A stretch of 64,000 nt of DNA, from assembly GCA_002069765.1 (NCBI GenBank), contig MWBZ01000014.1, forward strand, positions 7,469 to 71,468. The letters run 5' to 3'. The translations under genes were made by a program, and so were the position numbers. Below are positions 44,699-54,378 of this stretch, one piece after another; positions within the stretch are counted from its first letter, which is position 1, and each line of letters opens with the position of its first letter. The DNA comes from a bacterium ADurb.Bin243. Lineage in GTDB: Bacteria; Muiribacteriota; UBA9980. Under the pieces are notes generated by a model. The model did not search any database. It saw only the letters and a list, made by a program, of their open reading frames with translations, and was not told where the DNA came from.

Positions 44699-45580
44699 TT
44701 AAATGACGGTAAGAATGGCCTTTATGTAAAGAGGAACCGTAAATTCCGGCGGCGCGCCGGCGAAAACGCCCGATACGGATTTTAAAAGGCATGTCCTGAG
44801 CTGCTTGAAGATGAGCTCGCCCAGAAACATAGAAGCGCGCGAGGGCGTTCCGAGATATCCAGCCTGCGCGCCCATGCTTTTAAAAGTAAAGTTCAGCTTT
44901 AAAAATTCCGCCGCCGGGTTTACCTGAAACGGAGGCAGGTTTATTATGTTTTCCATCTTCACGGCGCGCGGCAGCAGGTACATCATAATAGAAGTTTCCT
45001 TTATATCGGCGTGTATTTCTTTCTTGAAATCGATATCCAGATAGCTTTTATAAACTTCATCCTGCTTTTCGTCCGAATTTTTTTTAGATTTTATGAATTT
45101 TTCGATAGCCGAATTGTATTCGCCGGAATAGTAATATGCCGAAAGCGGTTCATAAATTTTTACGCCGGCATGCCTGGATTCGCATGTGGAAATAGCCGCG
45201 ATAAGGCTTTTTATAAATTTAAGCTCGAAGTGATGGACCACTATCATTATATTTTTAAATCCGGTTTCCACATACTGCGATAGCGTTTCGGCAAGATAAG
45301 CGGTAAAGGACTCCGGCTGGAGCTGAGGCGTCTTGCCTATGCCGTCGGAAACCAAGGCAGGCGCGTACGTGAAAGCGGGCGCCTCCACGCCGAAGCGGTC
45401 GTATTTTTCATTTTTCATCGTTTCACAAAGGCTTTCGGCCAGATAACGGGCGATGACGATATCCGTAGTTATGGGAAGATGCGGGCCGTGCTGTTCGTAA
45501 GGACCGATCGGCAATATCAGTATGCACCTGTCAAAATCGAGCGTCGAAAGCTCTTCGTGCGTTAAATATTCAAATTTCAA
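44699..45580 (-). CDS. Creatininase-family amidohydrolase
   Basis: ILPIGPYEQHGPHLPITTD signature of the creatininase/MftE family. Confidence 0.8.
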   Translation of the reverse strand: MKFEYLTHEELSTLDFDRCILILPIGPYEQHGPHLPITTDIVIARYLAESLCETMKNEKYDRFGVEAPAFTYAPALVSDGIGKTPQLQPESFTAYLAETLSQYVETGFKNIMIVVHHFELKFIKSLIAAISTCESRHAGVKIYEPLSAYYYSGEYNSAIEKFIKSKKNSDEKQDEVYKSYLDIDFKKEIHADIKETSIMMYLLPRAVKMENIINLPPFQVNPAAEFLKLNFTFKSMGAQAGYLGTPSRASMFLGELIFKQLRTCLLKSVSGVFAGAPPEFTVPLYIKAILTVI

Positions 45581-45649
45581 TATATATCACCATAATTCCA
45601 TTATAAAAAATCTTTATTTCCGGGAAAACTTCAGAGTAAAAGCGTTTTT

Positions 45650-46633
45650 TTATTTCAGGCGCGACTTTCCGGAATCGCTCATCAGGTAAAGCTCTTCTGG
45701 ATATGGTTCGAAATAGGTCTGAGAGCTTAAATAATCTTCGCCGAACCTTGCGATCATCGATTTGACAAGGCTTACCGGCACGCTTAACGGGCATTTTTCT
45801 TCGGCATATTTTCCGAGCGTGTCTAAAAAGAAAGCTTTTTCTTTAGAATTCAGCCTGTCGGAAAAATAACCAAAGGCATGCATGAGGGTGTTAACGTTAG
45901 AATTATGAGAAGGCGTCCTGGCGAACGCTTTGTGAAGAAGAGCGCCGTAGTCTTTAAAAACTTCGGCTGCGGGCCTTTTTTCGTGATTGGCGACGAGTTT
46001 GCCCATTTCTCTCATTTTAGACTGATTATATGTCAACAGCAAAAGCTTGTTTTCCGCCTGAAATTTAACGAGCGCGCCCATGGAAGGCTTCGCTGATATT
46101 TTACGAAATTCCGCCGCGGTGAAAATTTTCGTCAAAAAATGCTCCCTTATGCGGAAATTGCTCAATCTAAGCTCGTCTTCTATGGCCAGGCCCGGATATT
46201 TTTCGAGCGCGGCCGCGGCGAAAAATCCGGCACCCGTATCCACGCTGGAAACATTTTCTAAAGCCGGGTATATCTTAACGCCCTTGATGCCGCACGAAGG
46301 CGAATAAGCCTTTAAAATAAAGCCGTCGGCGTCAGGATGAGACTCCATGAAATCTGAAGCGAATTTTTCCATTTCCAAAGTGCAGTCTTTTTTGGTTGCC
46401 GGCTGGACAAGGCGCTTTCTTTTATTGATAACAACGACCCTTATAGGATCGCGCGGCACCCCGAGACCTATTTCGCATTCCGCGCATACGGGTTCGAACG
46501 CTACGAACGGCTTGAGGCTCGAAACGAATTCGCTGCGGATAACGTCCGCATTATAGCGGCAGCGGTCGAACTCGAGGCATTTACTTACGATCAGCTTCGG
46601 CACTGCAAATTTTCTCATAAAAACGGCCCTCAC
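45650..46633 (-). CDS. DUF523 plus DUF1722 fusion protein (YbgA-like)
   Basis: N-terminal VSKCLEFDRCRYNAD...SPSCG (DUF523). C-terminal HFLTKIF..., LLLTYNQSKMREMG, HAFGYF (DUF1722). Confidence 0.75.
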   Translation of the reverse strand: MRAVFMRKFAVPKLIVSKCLEFDRCRYNADVIRSEFVSSLKPFVAFEPVCAECEIGLGVPRDPIRVVVINKRKRLVQPATKKDCTLEMEKFASDFMESHPDADGFILKAYSPSCGIKGVKIYPALENVSSVDTGAGFFAAAALEKYPGLAIEDELRLSNFRIREHFLTKIFTAAEFRKISAKPSMGALVKFQAENKLLLLTYNQSKMREMGKLVANHEKRPAAEVFKDYGALLHKAFARTPSHNSNVNTLMHAFGYFSDRLNSKEKAFFLDTLGKYAEEKCPLSVPVSLVKSMIARFGEDYLSSQTYFEPYPEELYLMSDSGKSRLK

Positions 46634-46664
46634 TTATCTTTATATCTGGCACCTGACGACCGGC

Positions 46665-47474
46665 TTACTTTTTTTCTATCTTTAAAGGCTGCGTAATGGA
46701 TTTTAAATGTTCTATTATGGCCGCAACCTCTTTTTCGCTCAAGCGTTCGGAATCGTGAAACGGCATATCGCCTTCGACCGTCCTGAAACCGTTTCTGATT
46801 ATTTTTTTTATATCTTCGTCGCCGTCTTTATATTTTAACCAGAACTCTTTGCCAGAAAGATTTTTAGCGTACTTAAAATGCTCGTGGTCAAAATGGCAGG
46901 AAAAACAATGCCTTTCAAAAAGATTAAGGCCTGATTCGATTTTCACTTCGGCGGTTTTCGGCTTTTCTATGAAATCGTCTGGAATGTTTTTGGCCTTCAG
47001 CCCGACTTCGGACGTGGCATTTTTTTTGCGGCCTTTTTTATTGAGCTTCACTTCACCGCTCAGAAGCGCTTCCGAGGTATCTCCGGCCAGGGAGATTTCT
47101 TCGGTAAGCGCGTCTTCGACTTCGTCAGTTTCCTCAAGGACGGCGCGCGCGTATTTTTTTCGGTGGAGTTCGATTTCCGACGTTTTAAACCTCGACTTGA
47201 GCCTTAACCATATTTCTTGAGTAGCGCTCATCTTCTCGCCTGAAGCGTTAACTTCTGAAGTTTTCAAGTCGTCGGGAACCAAAAGTTTTGCGGCCGGATC
47301 GGCGACGGATAATTCACCGGTTTCCTCAGCCTTAGCAGCGGCTTTGGAGGTATTTGTATTTTTTTCGAGCGCGATAACTTCTACGGTGCCGGAGGCGAAA
47401 GCCGGAGCGCCAATGGAGGCGGCCAGGCATATAGAAGCGAAGCAGGCTGCATATATTTTTTTTAAAAAGTTCAT
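46665..47474 (-). CDS. Secreted mono-heme c-type cytochrome domain protein
   Basis: Signal peptide. A single CFSCH heme-binding motif and a downstream GDMPF (putative Met ligand) in the last ~90 aa. 4-nt overlap with the upstream gene. Confidence 0.65.
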   Translation of the reverse strand: MNFLKKIYAACFASICLAASIGAPAFASGTVEVIALEKNTNTSKAAAKAEETGELSVADPAAKLLVPDDLKTSEVNASGEKMSATQEIWLRLKSRFKTSEIELHRKKYARAVLEETDEVEDALTEEISLAGDTSEALLSGEVKLNKKGRKKNATSEVGLKAKNIPDDFIEKPKTAEVKIESGLNLFERHCFSCHFDHEHFKYAKNLSGKEFWLKYKDGDEDIKKIIRNGFRTVEGDMPFHDSERLSEKEVAAIIEHLKSITQPLKIEKK

Positions 47475-48373
47475 TTTACGGCACTCTTCTTTCTGTCGTC
47501 GAGGGCTTTATAAGAAACCGCTTCGATATTAAGCTTTTTTAATGTTTCGGCCAGAAGCGGATCTTTAAGGGCCCTGAATTCGGATTCTCTAGGGGCTAAA
47601 AGGCTCGACAGTCCGGCGAGATTTCCATCGCAGGCGCCGGGGTGCGTCATATATTCGCCGACGCAGCCAAAATTTTCAAGGCCGCTTATCTCTTTTTCAA
47701 AAACTTCCGCCGACAGCGAACCTACGGAATAAGTGCCGAAGAACAAATCCGGATAAGCCAGGGCCGTATTCGAGCCGTACGAGTATATTCCGTTTTTATT
47801 ATAAATATTTCCGGCGAAGCATTTCATTATTTTATCCTTCGCTATTCCCTGGCTCGTAAAAAGCTCTTCGGCCGATATGTTTTCCGTCAGCCTTATCCTT
47901 TTCGTTTCGAATTTTTCGAGCGAACCCGCCACGGCGTGAAAAAAATCAGGCAGCATATGGACGTGCTTGTGCGAATCGATATGCGACGGCCAGAAACCGA
48001 GCCTGGCGTAAAAAGCGTTCATCTGCGCTTCGAATTCGCGAACGACATGCGACACGTCGATTTTTTTATCGCACGCCCGGCCGATCAGCTCGCCGAACTT
48101 TAAAAAATTTAAATCCGGGCCGACGATCGAAGGTATTTCGGCGGCCGGCGAAACCGGTTTCGAGCAGGTCAGGTTAAAATGAAGGCCTATTGATACGCCG
48201 CCGCCGTCATCTCCGCGCAGAAACTCCTTAAGCAATTCAGCCGAAGAGTCGCTTAGCAGATTGATCATCACGGTAGCGCTTTTGAGCGGGGTTCCGGCTT
48301 TAAAAAGCTCCACTATAGAGGCGGAAACCGCATCGGTTATGCCGAAATCGTCGGCGTTAAAAATTATTTTCAT
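47471..48373 (-). CDS. YdjC/ChbG-family carbohydrate deacetylase
   Basis: MKIIFNADDFGITDAVSASI..., HIDSHKHVH motif. Confidence 0.85.
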   Translation of the reverse strand: MKIIFNADDFGITDAVSASIVELFKAGTPLKSATVMINLLSDSSAELLKEFLRGDDGGGVSIGLHFNLTCSKPVSPAAEIPSIVGPDLNFLKFGELIGRACDKKIDVSHVVREFEAQMNAFYARLGFWPSHIDSHKHVHMLPDFFHAVAGSLEKFETKRIRLTENISAEELFTSQGIAKDKIMKCFAGNIYNKNGIYSYGSNTALAYPDLFFGTYSVGSLSAEVFEKEISGLENFGCVGEYMTHPGACDGNLAGLSSLLAPRESEFRALKDPLLAETLKKLNIEAVSYKALDDRKKSAVK

Positions 48374-48456
48374 AATAGCGTTATTATATTAGTAAAGTGA
48401 GTTTTTGTCAATTAATTTTGTCGTAATTTTGCCCGGTTTTTAAAACGCTCCGATAT

Positions 48457-49437
48457 TTATTGCAGCTGCGAGTTTATTTCGGACTCGTATTCGCGGTATA
48501 TATCGAGCAGCCTCATCAGCCTGTTGTTTATGGCCGATTTCGAAATCTTCGGCCTGGCGAGCCTGGCCAGCTCGCTCAAAGAAAGGTGCGGATTGGCGGT
48601 TCTGAGCCGCGCCATTTCAATGAGAGCGGGCGTAAGTTTCGCCGCATGAGACGATTTTAAAAGCAGCTTGATTTTCATAATCTGGTCTGCCGCGATATTC
48701 GCCGTGCGCTGTATATTCGCCGTCTCAAAATTTACGCTGCGGTTGGTGGTGTTTTTTATCTCCTTGATTATTTTTATGTTTTCGAGTTCGAAATAGCTGG
48801 CCGTAACGTTCAGGTAGGCGAGCATCTTTTCGAAGTTTTCGAACGATTTTGAATAAAGAAGTATAAGATCGCTGTTTTTTAAAATATGCGTTTTGATTAT
48901 GCAATTTATCTTCTGGACGAGTATTTTACGTACTATATTCGCCAGCAGAGGCTCTTTGATTCTTATTTCGAAATGGTAATTTTTCTGGGGATTTTGAAAA
49001 TATCCGCAGGTGACTATTATGCTTTTTATGAACGCGCTCTGGCAGCAGTCGTTTTCAAGATAAGAAACGATATTTTCCGGAGGCGGCGCGTCCGAGAAAA
49101 GGTCGGTGCGCAAAGAAAGCTCTTTTAAAATCAAATTCAGCTTTTTTTCGTCGTCGATTATGCACTGGTAATAATCCCCGCCGGAAAGATTGTCGCGCAC
49201 TTTATAAATGTAAGTAAAAGAAATGTCGGCCAGCTTTTTAAGCAGCTTTCCGATCTTTCCGACGTAAGCCATGGAAGGCAGCCGCATGGCCAGTTTCAGC
49301 GAGCCCCCTTCGCTGATTATGGACGCGTTGTTTTTGAGCGTGTTATATAAAAACACCCTCTGGCAGCAAGGTTTTTTTATGCTCTGTTTTATCAGCTCGT
49401 CTTTTATTCCGGCTGAAAAGCTTATATTTTCAGGCAA
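48457..49437 (-). CDS. whiA: DNA-binding protein WhiA
   Basis: FSAGIKDEL N-terminus, degenerate LAGLIDADG middle domain, C-terminal HTH LSLSELARLARPKISKSAINNRL. Confidence 0.85.
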   Translation of the reverse strand: MPENISFSAGIKDELIKQSIKKPCCQRVFLYNTLKNNASIISEGGSLKLAMRLPSMAYVGKIGKLLKKLADISFTYIYKVRDNLSGGDYYQCIIDDEKKLNLILKELSLRTDLFSDAPPPENIVSYLENDCCQSAFIKSIIVTCGYFQNPQKNYHFEIRIKEPLLANIVRKILVQKINCIIKTHILKNSDLILLYSKSFENFEKMLAYLNVTASYFELENIKIIKEIKNTTNRSVNFETANIQRTANIAADQIMKIKLLLKSSHAAKLTPALIEMARLRTANPHLSLSELARLARPKISKSAINNRLMRLLDIYREYESEINSQLQ

Positions 49438-49453
49438 TCGTATTCACCGGGCC

Positions 49454-50446
49454 TTAAGCTGGTATTATTCTGGCGATATCAGAAACATGTCCGGGATTCA
49501 TCTTTTTAAAAAGAGAATCGATAAAAATCTGCGAGCTGTTGTGGCCCTGCCTCTTGAGGCGTTCGTTCATGACCGCGACTTCTATTATAATAGAAATATT
49601 GCGGCCTTCCTGAACAGGGACCGATATTTTTCTGAGCTTGACGCCCATTATATCGAGGCAGTCGAAGCTGAGCCCGAGCCTGTCGAAATGATGCTTATGC
49701 TGCTCGCTGGACGGAACGAGATCTATGACTATATCCACTTCTTTTTCCTGGATGGTGACGGCCGAACCGAAAAGCGCCTGCACGTCGATAATGCCGAGCC
49801 CGCGAACCTCTATGTGGTATTTGAGAAGCGGGTCGGAATAGCCGTAAATATCGTTTCCGATACGCCTCAGCGTGACCACGTCGTCGCAAACCAGGCAGTG
49901 GCCCCGCCTGACGAGCTCCAGAGCGGTTTCACTTTTTCCCGTTCCGGACTCGCCACGGATGAGAACGCCCATATTATAAATTTCAAGAAGGGTGCCGTGC
50001 ATGATCTTTTTGGGGGCGAATTTAGTTTCCAGATAATTCGAAAGAGAAACCAGAAAACGGTTGCACTGGGAGTCGGTATATAAAACGGGAATCGTGAAAT
50101 TTTGCGCCACGTCTATAAGATCGTCGAACTTTTTGACGGAGTCGGTGAGTATTATGCATGGAATGTGATACAGGAAAAGCTCGTGAAGCCTCATGAAGCG
50201 CAAATCGTGCGAAATATTCTCCAGGTAGCTGATTTCGTTTTTGCCGAATATCATGATCCTGTCGAAAGTGAGGTTTTTATAATATCCGGCGAGTTCAAGG
50301 CCCGGTTTTGTGACCTCCGAAGATATTATGAGGCCGTCCAGGTTCTGTTCGCCCGAAATAACCGATAGTTTGAGGTCTTCCGCGAGCGTTTTAACGCTGA
50401 TGCCGTCCGCCTGGTCCTGTTTTATATCGCCTTTTTTAATTTCCAT
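49454..50446 (-). CDS. hprK: HPr kinase/phosphorylase
   Basis: GVLIRGESGTGKSETALELVRRGH.LV.DD, IEVRGLGII, HPr kinase length and layout. Confidence 0.9.
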   Translation of the reverse strand: MEIKKGDIKQDQADGISVKTLAEDLKLSVISGEQNLDGLIISSEVTKPGLELAGYYKNLTFDRIMIFGKNEISYLENISHDLRFMRLHELFLYHIPCIILTDSVKKFDDLIDVAQNFTIPVLYTDSQCNRFLVSLSNYLETKFAPKKIMHGTLLEIYNMGVLIRGESGTGKSETALELVRRGHCLVCDDVVTLRRIGNDIYGYSDPLLKYHIEVRGLGIIDVQALFGSAVTIQEKEVDIVIDLVPSSEQHKHHFDRLGLSFDCLDIMGVKLRKISVPVQEGRNISIIIEVAVMNERLKRQGHNSSQIFIDSLFKKMNPGHVSDIARIIPA

Positions 50447-50490
50447 TTTCTAAAAACCTTCCTGCAATAAAATCTTTAAAGGCAGGGCCT

Positions 50491-52614
50491 TTAAATTTCG
50501 GCGGTTTCCTGCGCCGGCACTTCGCTGAAATGCGTCGCGCGGTTGCGGCCGTTTTTCTTTGAATAGTAAAGGGCCGAATCGGCCTTCAATATGAGGTCTT
50601 TTTTGTCCTTCGAGTTTGCCGGGCATGTGGATATGCCGAGGCTTATAGTTATCTGCAGAAGCTTTCCGCCCGGCCCCTGAAGTTTCGCCGATTCCACGGC
50701 CGTCCGGATTCGCTCCGCCATTTTTTTCGCGTCTTCGAACCCCGTCTGAGGCGCTATTATGGCGAATTCCTCTCCGCCGTACCGGCATGGGATATCAACT
50801 TCGTTTCTTATGGTTTCCCTTATGATATCGGCCACTTTAATCAAGACCATGTCTCCTACCTGATGGCCGTAAGTATCGTTGAATTTTTTAAAATGGTCGA
50901 TATCGGTCATTATAAGCGACATAACGGGGCCGTATCTGTTGCAGCGTTTTATCTCTTCGTCGAGCCTTATCTGGAAATACCTGTGGATAAAGAGGCGCGT
51001 CATTCCGTCGGTAATCGAAAGTTCGTATAGCCTTGCGTTTTCGATAGTCATAGCCGCCTGCGTGCTCAGCGACAACGCGAGCGCCTTGTCTTCTTCGTTA
51101 AAGCCTTCGGCGCCTTTTTTATTGACGATGTTGATGACGCCGATAGCCTCGTCTTTGGCCTTCATCGGAACGCACATCATATTGCGGGTAACGTTGTCGG
51201 TAGTCTGAGTGGACTGGGTTCTGAGAAAACTGTTGTCGCTCTGGATATCGTTGGATATTATTGTTTCGCCGCTCTGAAAAGCCTGTCCGGCTTTTCCTTC
51301 GCCCGGAGCGAATTTTACGCGGCGCTCGAACTTGCCGGGATAACCGACGGCCATTTCGCACGAAATGAGGCATTCTTCAGCGTTATAAAGCATAATTGAG
51401 CCTTTTTCGGCGTTGAGCGCCTCTATCATTTTTGTTAAAATAATCGTCAGAAGCTGGTCTTTGTTATTAAGAAAGTTCATGGATTGCGACACTTCGTAGA
51501 GGGTCGTTATTTCGAACATTTTACGCTTGAGGCTTTCGTTATAACGGTCGAGTTTGTCGCCCATTTTATTGAAAGCCGAAGCCAGCTCGCCTATTTCGTC
51601 CGAGCGGCGTATGTCGACTTTCTGCTTGAAATCCCCTTCGGAGGTTATGTGGGCGATTTTAGCGAACTGCATCAGAGGCGCCGCGATATTCGACGACAGC
51701 AGGTAACCGGAAAGGGTCGCCAGCGCGAGCGAAATAGCGAGAATGATATAAAGGTTTTTCACCACGTACATGCTGGCCATCGCGAAAAGCTCCCTGGGAA
51801 CGATAACGCACATATAGCCGCAGAATTTTTTATCTTCGTCGAATATTTTTGAATAAACGTTTACTGTATAATCGCTTAAAAATTTATCGTTTACGCGGTA
51901 TGACGGGGATTTTTCAAGGCGCCTGACGACTTCGGCGTCAAGCTTTAAGCCGGTGGTCCTTCTTCCGGACGGGTCGAACCGGGTGGACATGACGGAAATC
52001 TTATCGTCGAAAATCATCACGTCTATATTGGTCACATCTTTTATGGCGTCGATCGACTCGTTGGGGATCTGAACGTATGCGCATAATACGAAGGTTTTAT
52101 TCACGACGAGATTTTCCGGCGGTTTTATAATGCAGCGAAAATAAGCTTTCTGCTCGCCAGCGAAAACTATGGAAGACTGGTTTTTGCCGCGGGCCGCCTT
52201 TGCGAGGGCGTCGTCTCCGGGCGCCATGGCCGGATCGAATTTAGACTTGCGGACGCTCGCGTAAAGCTCGAACCTGCCCGCGGGCGAGGCCTGGCAGTAA
52301 ACGTCTATAAAACTGTAGTTTAGTTTTTCGTCCCAGTTTTTAATTAAAAGGGCGGTTTCGTCGCTGCCCGATTTTTCGAGCGCGGCCCTGAACTTTTCAG
52401 TTCCGGCGAGAATGTTGAGCTGCACCTGTATGGAATTTAGCGATCTGAAAAAAAACTTGTTGACGATCTTGGTCGTAAAAACCAGCTGGTTGTCGATTTC
52501 ACGCTCCGAGCGCTCCGCGAGATCTGAAGAAACCAGATAAACCGACAGAAGCATGGGAATTATAAGTATGATAGCGAAGTTAAGTATTATTTTATGCGAC
52601 AGTCTAAGGCTCAT
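50491..52614 (-). CDS. Membrane diguanylate cyclase: TM, ~260-aa extracytoplasmic domain, TM, HAMP, GAF, GGDEF
   Basis: HAMP PLMQFAKIAHITSEGDF...LASAFNKM. GAF LNAEKGSIMLY...VPM. GGDEF DIDHFKKFNDTYGH..GD, RYGGEEF. The ATG overlaps the stop of the upstream gene (ATGA at 52611-52614). Confidence 0.9.
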   Translation of the reverse strand: MSLRLSHKIILNFAIILIIPMLLSVYLVSSDLAERSEREIDNQLVFTTKIVNKFFFRSLNSIQVQLNILAGTEKFRAALEKSGSDETALLIKNWDEKLNYSFIDVYCQASPAGRFELYASVRKSKFDPAMAPGDDALAKAARGKNQSSIVFAGEQKAYFRCIIKPPENLVVNKTFVLCAYVQIPNESIDAIKDVTNIDVMIFDDKISVMSTRFDPSGRRTTGLKLDAEVVRRLEKSPSYRVNDKFLSDYTVNVYSKIFDEDKKFCGYMCVIVPRELFAMASMYVVKNLYIILAISLALATLSGYLLSSNIAAPLMQFAKIAHITSEGDFKQKVDIRRSDEIGELASAFNKMGDKLDRYNESLKRKMFEITTLYEVSQSMNFLNNKDQLLTIILTKMIEALNAEKGSIMLYNAEECLISCEMAVGYPGKFERRVKFAPGEGKAGQAFQSGETIISNDIQSDNSFLRTQSTQTTDNVTRNMMCVPMKAKDEAIGVINIVNKKGAEGFNEEDKALALSLSTQAAMTIENARLYELSITDGMTRLFIHRYFQIRLDEEIKRCNRYGPVMSLIMTDIDHFKKFNDTYGHQVGDMVLIKVADIIRETIRNEVDIPCRYGGEEFAIIAPQTGFEDAKKMAERIRTAVESAKLQGPGGKLLQITISLGISTCPANSKDKKDLILKADSALYYSKKNGRNRATHFSEVPAQETAEI

Positions 52615-54173
52615 GGCTTGCTCACCCTGGTAATGCGCCCTTCTATAGACGGCTTTAAAATTTTATCCTCCCGGATATGCATCATGGCCGATTCGCGGAG
52701 ATTGCCGAAACTCCCTACCAGACGACAGTTTTTCAGCTGCGGATAACCGCCCTGGCCGGAAGCCAGAAAGCTGTTGGTGGCCACTATATATTTTTTATCT
52801 TTGCGTATTTCGGCCCCGCCGATGGAAAAGCTCAACAGCGCCTCGGCCGTATGGCCCGACTGGGCCGCGTTGGCGTCGTAGGAGTAGCTGGCGCCGCTGA
52901 TTTGAAGCAATCCGCGCTCGCGCCGGCAGGTGGCGTTGATGACGTCGTAAAGAACGTCGCCTGCGACCTCTATTGAAACTATATCGTTATCGAAAGGAAG
53001 GGCGTTATAAAAATCCCCTACGGTGACGTCGCCGGAATCTATATCGGCTCTGAAAGACCCGGCGTTCTGGATAGCGACTTCGGCGGAAGCGGCTTTTCTC
53101 ATGTAATCGGCAATAAGGTTTCCGAAGTTTGTCTCCTCGTTGAACGGCCTTTTTAAATCGACTTCCGAAACGGCTATGACCTGATTCATTATAGCGTCGA
53201 GTTTTCGAAGATAGTCTGAAACTATTTTAGCGCAATCGCCGTCAGGCTCTATTTGATTAACAGCCACCGGAACCACTTCGGCGCAAAAATCGAAAGGCCG
53301 GCGGGTGCGGGTGTCGAAAAAAACGTCTACCTTAGTAAGCTGGGCGCCTTTGGCGAAGCCGTTCAGCGCGACGAGCACGGTGTCTCCGGATTTTTTTATT
53401 CCATTCATTTGATTGGTAAAATCGAGGCCTATAACCATATCGATACCGCTTTTGACCAGAAGTTCCAGCAACTGGCGGTCTTTTTCAAAATCGAGCTGCG
53501 TGAGCGCCACTGTGAAAGAGGCGCCTTCCTTCGAGGCTTTCCGCTTGAAAATCTCGACGGTTTCAGTTTCTCCCATCAGGGCGAGTTCCGAAACATTTTT
53601 GATGGTCGAATCGGTGAGCGTTTCCGGCGGAGTGATTCCGAGGACCGCTATTTTAAAGCCGGCGTCGTCGACCGGCAATATAAGGCTGTCCTGAAATTCG
53701 GCAAAAGGCGCGCCGTCGTTTTTATTTCTGACATTGGCGGCCAGAATGGGAAAATTAGCGTCGCGCGCGCGCGCCTTGAGCACTTCGAAGCCGTAATCCA
53801 ATTCGCGGTTACCCAGAAGCATGGCCGTTACGCCCATTAAATTCATGGTATCGACTACGGCCCTGCACTGCGAATAATAGCTGTGAGCCGTTCCCGGAAA
53901 ATCGTCGCCGCAATCGAGCAGATAAAATGCCGAACGCGACTTTTGCGCCTTTTTTTTAAGTTCGGAAATTTTTGAAACCAGAAAGGGCATGCCGCCGACC
54001 ATTGCGCCTCGATACGGCTCGCCGCTGGCTTTATAAGACACTATATTGCCCTGCAAAATTCCGCTTATGACGAAAGTCGCTCTGGTAGTTTTCGCCATAT
54101 CGAAAAATGAATACACGATGATAAAAAACATTACGAATACGAAATAAAAAATAGATTTGAATAACTTTTTCAT
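52611..54173 (-). CDS. 5'-nucleotidase/UshA-like protein with degenerate metallophosphatase motifs and a conserved C-terminal nucleotide-binding domain
   Basis: N-terminal TM anchor. Motif II DCGDDFPG is retained, but motif I reads ISGILQG (expected NDxHG), motif III reads GNRELD (expected GNHEFD) and motif V reads VIGLDFT (expected GGHSH). The C-terminal domain NLIADYMRKA...IQNAGSFRADI..GDVTVGDFYNALPFDN is intact. Confidence 0.8.
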   Translation of the reverse strand: MKKLFKSIFYFVFVMFFIIVYSFFDMAKTTRATFVISGILQGNIVSYKASGEPYRGAMVGGMPFLVSKISELKKKAQKSRSAFYLLDCGDDFPGTAHSYYSQCRAVVDTMNLMGVTAMLLGNRELDYGFEVLKARARDANFPILAANVRNKNDGAPFAEFQDSLILPVDDAGFKIAVLGITPPETLTDSTIKNVSELALMGETETVEIFKRKASKEGASFTVALTQLDFEKDRQLLELLVKSGIDMVIGLDFTNQMNGIKKSGDTVLVALNGFAKGAQLTKVDVFFDTRTRRPFDFCAEVVPVAVNQIEPDGDCAKIVSDYLRKLDAIMNQVIAVSEVDLKRPFNEETNFGNLIADYMRKAASAEVAIQNAGSFRADIDSGDVTVGDFYNALPFDNDIVSIEVAGDVLYDVINATCRRERGLLQISGASYSYDANAAQSGHTAEALLSFSIGGAEIRKDKKYIVATNSFLASGQGGYPQLKNCRLVGSFGNLRESAMMHIREDKILKPSIEGRITRVSKP

Positions 54174-54182
54174 GGTTTTTTA

Positions 54183-54211
54183 ATTATATTAAAAATATCT
54201 ATTTTTGTCAA
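54183..54211 (-). promoter_or_regulatory. Perfect-consensus sigma-70 promoter TTGACA-17-TATAAT giving a (near-)leaderless mRNA
   Basis: Minus strand: TTGACA (54211-54206), 17-nt spacer, TATAAT (54188-54183). Only 9 nt (TAAAAAACC, no SD) lie before the ATG at 54173-54171. Confidence 0.7.
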
Positions 54212-54278
54212 TGAAATATCGCAAATTCAATTTTCACGGCTTTGCCTGCGCAAAATAAGCGGCCGCGCAAAATATTTG

Positions 54279-54307
54279 TTGACTAAAATCGACATAAATG
54301 TTAATAT
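54279..54307 (+). promoter_or_regulatory. Sigma-70 promoter TTGACT-17-TAATAT
   Basis: TTGACT 54279-54284, TAATAT 54302-54307. Preceded by a 10-bp perfect direct repeat GCGCAAAATA at 54248-54257 and 54265-54274. Confidence 0.6.
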
Positions 54308-54378
54308 ATAAACTTGTAAGCGCGCCTTTTTCAGCCGCGGAGCATTTAAAACCAAAGGTACAATAAAATTTAAAAATT

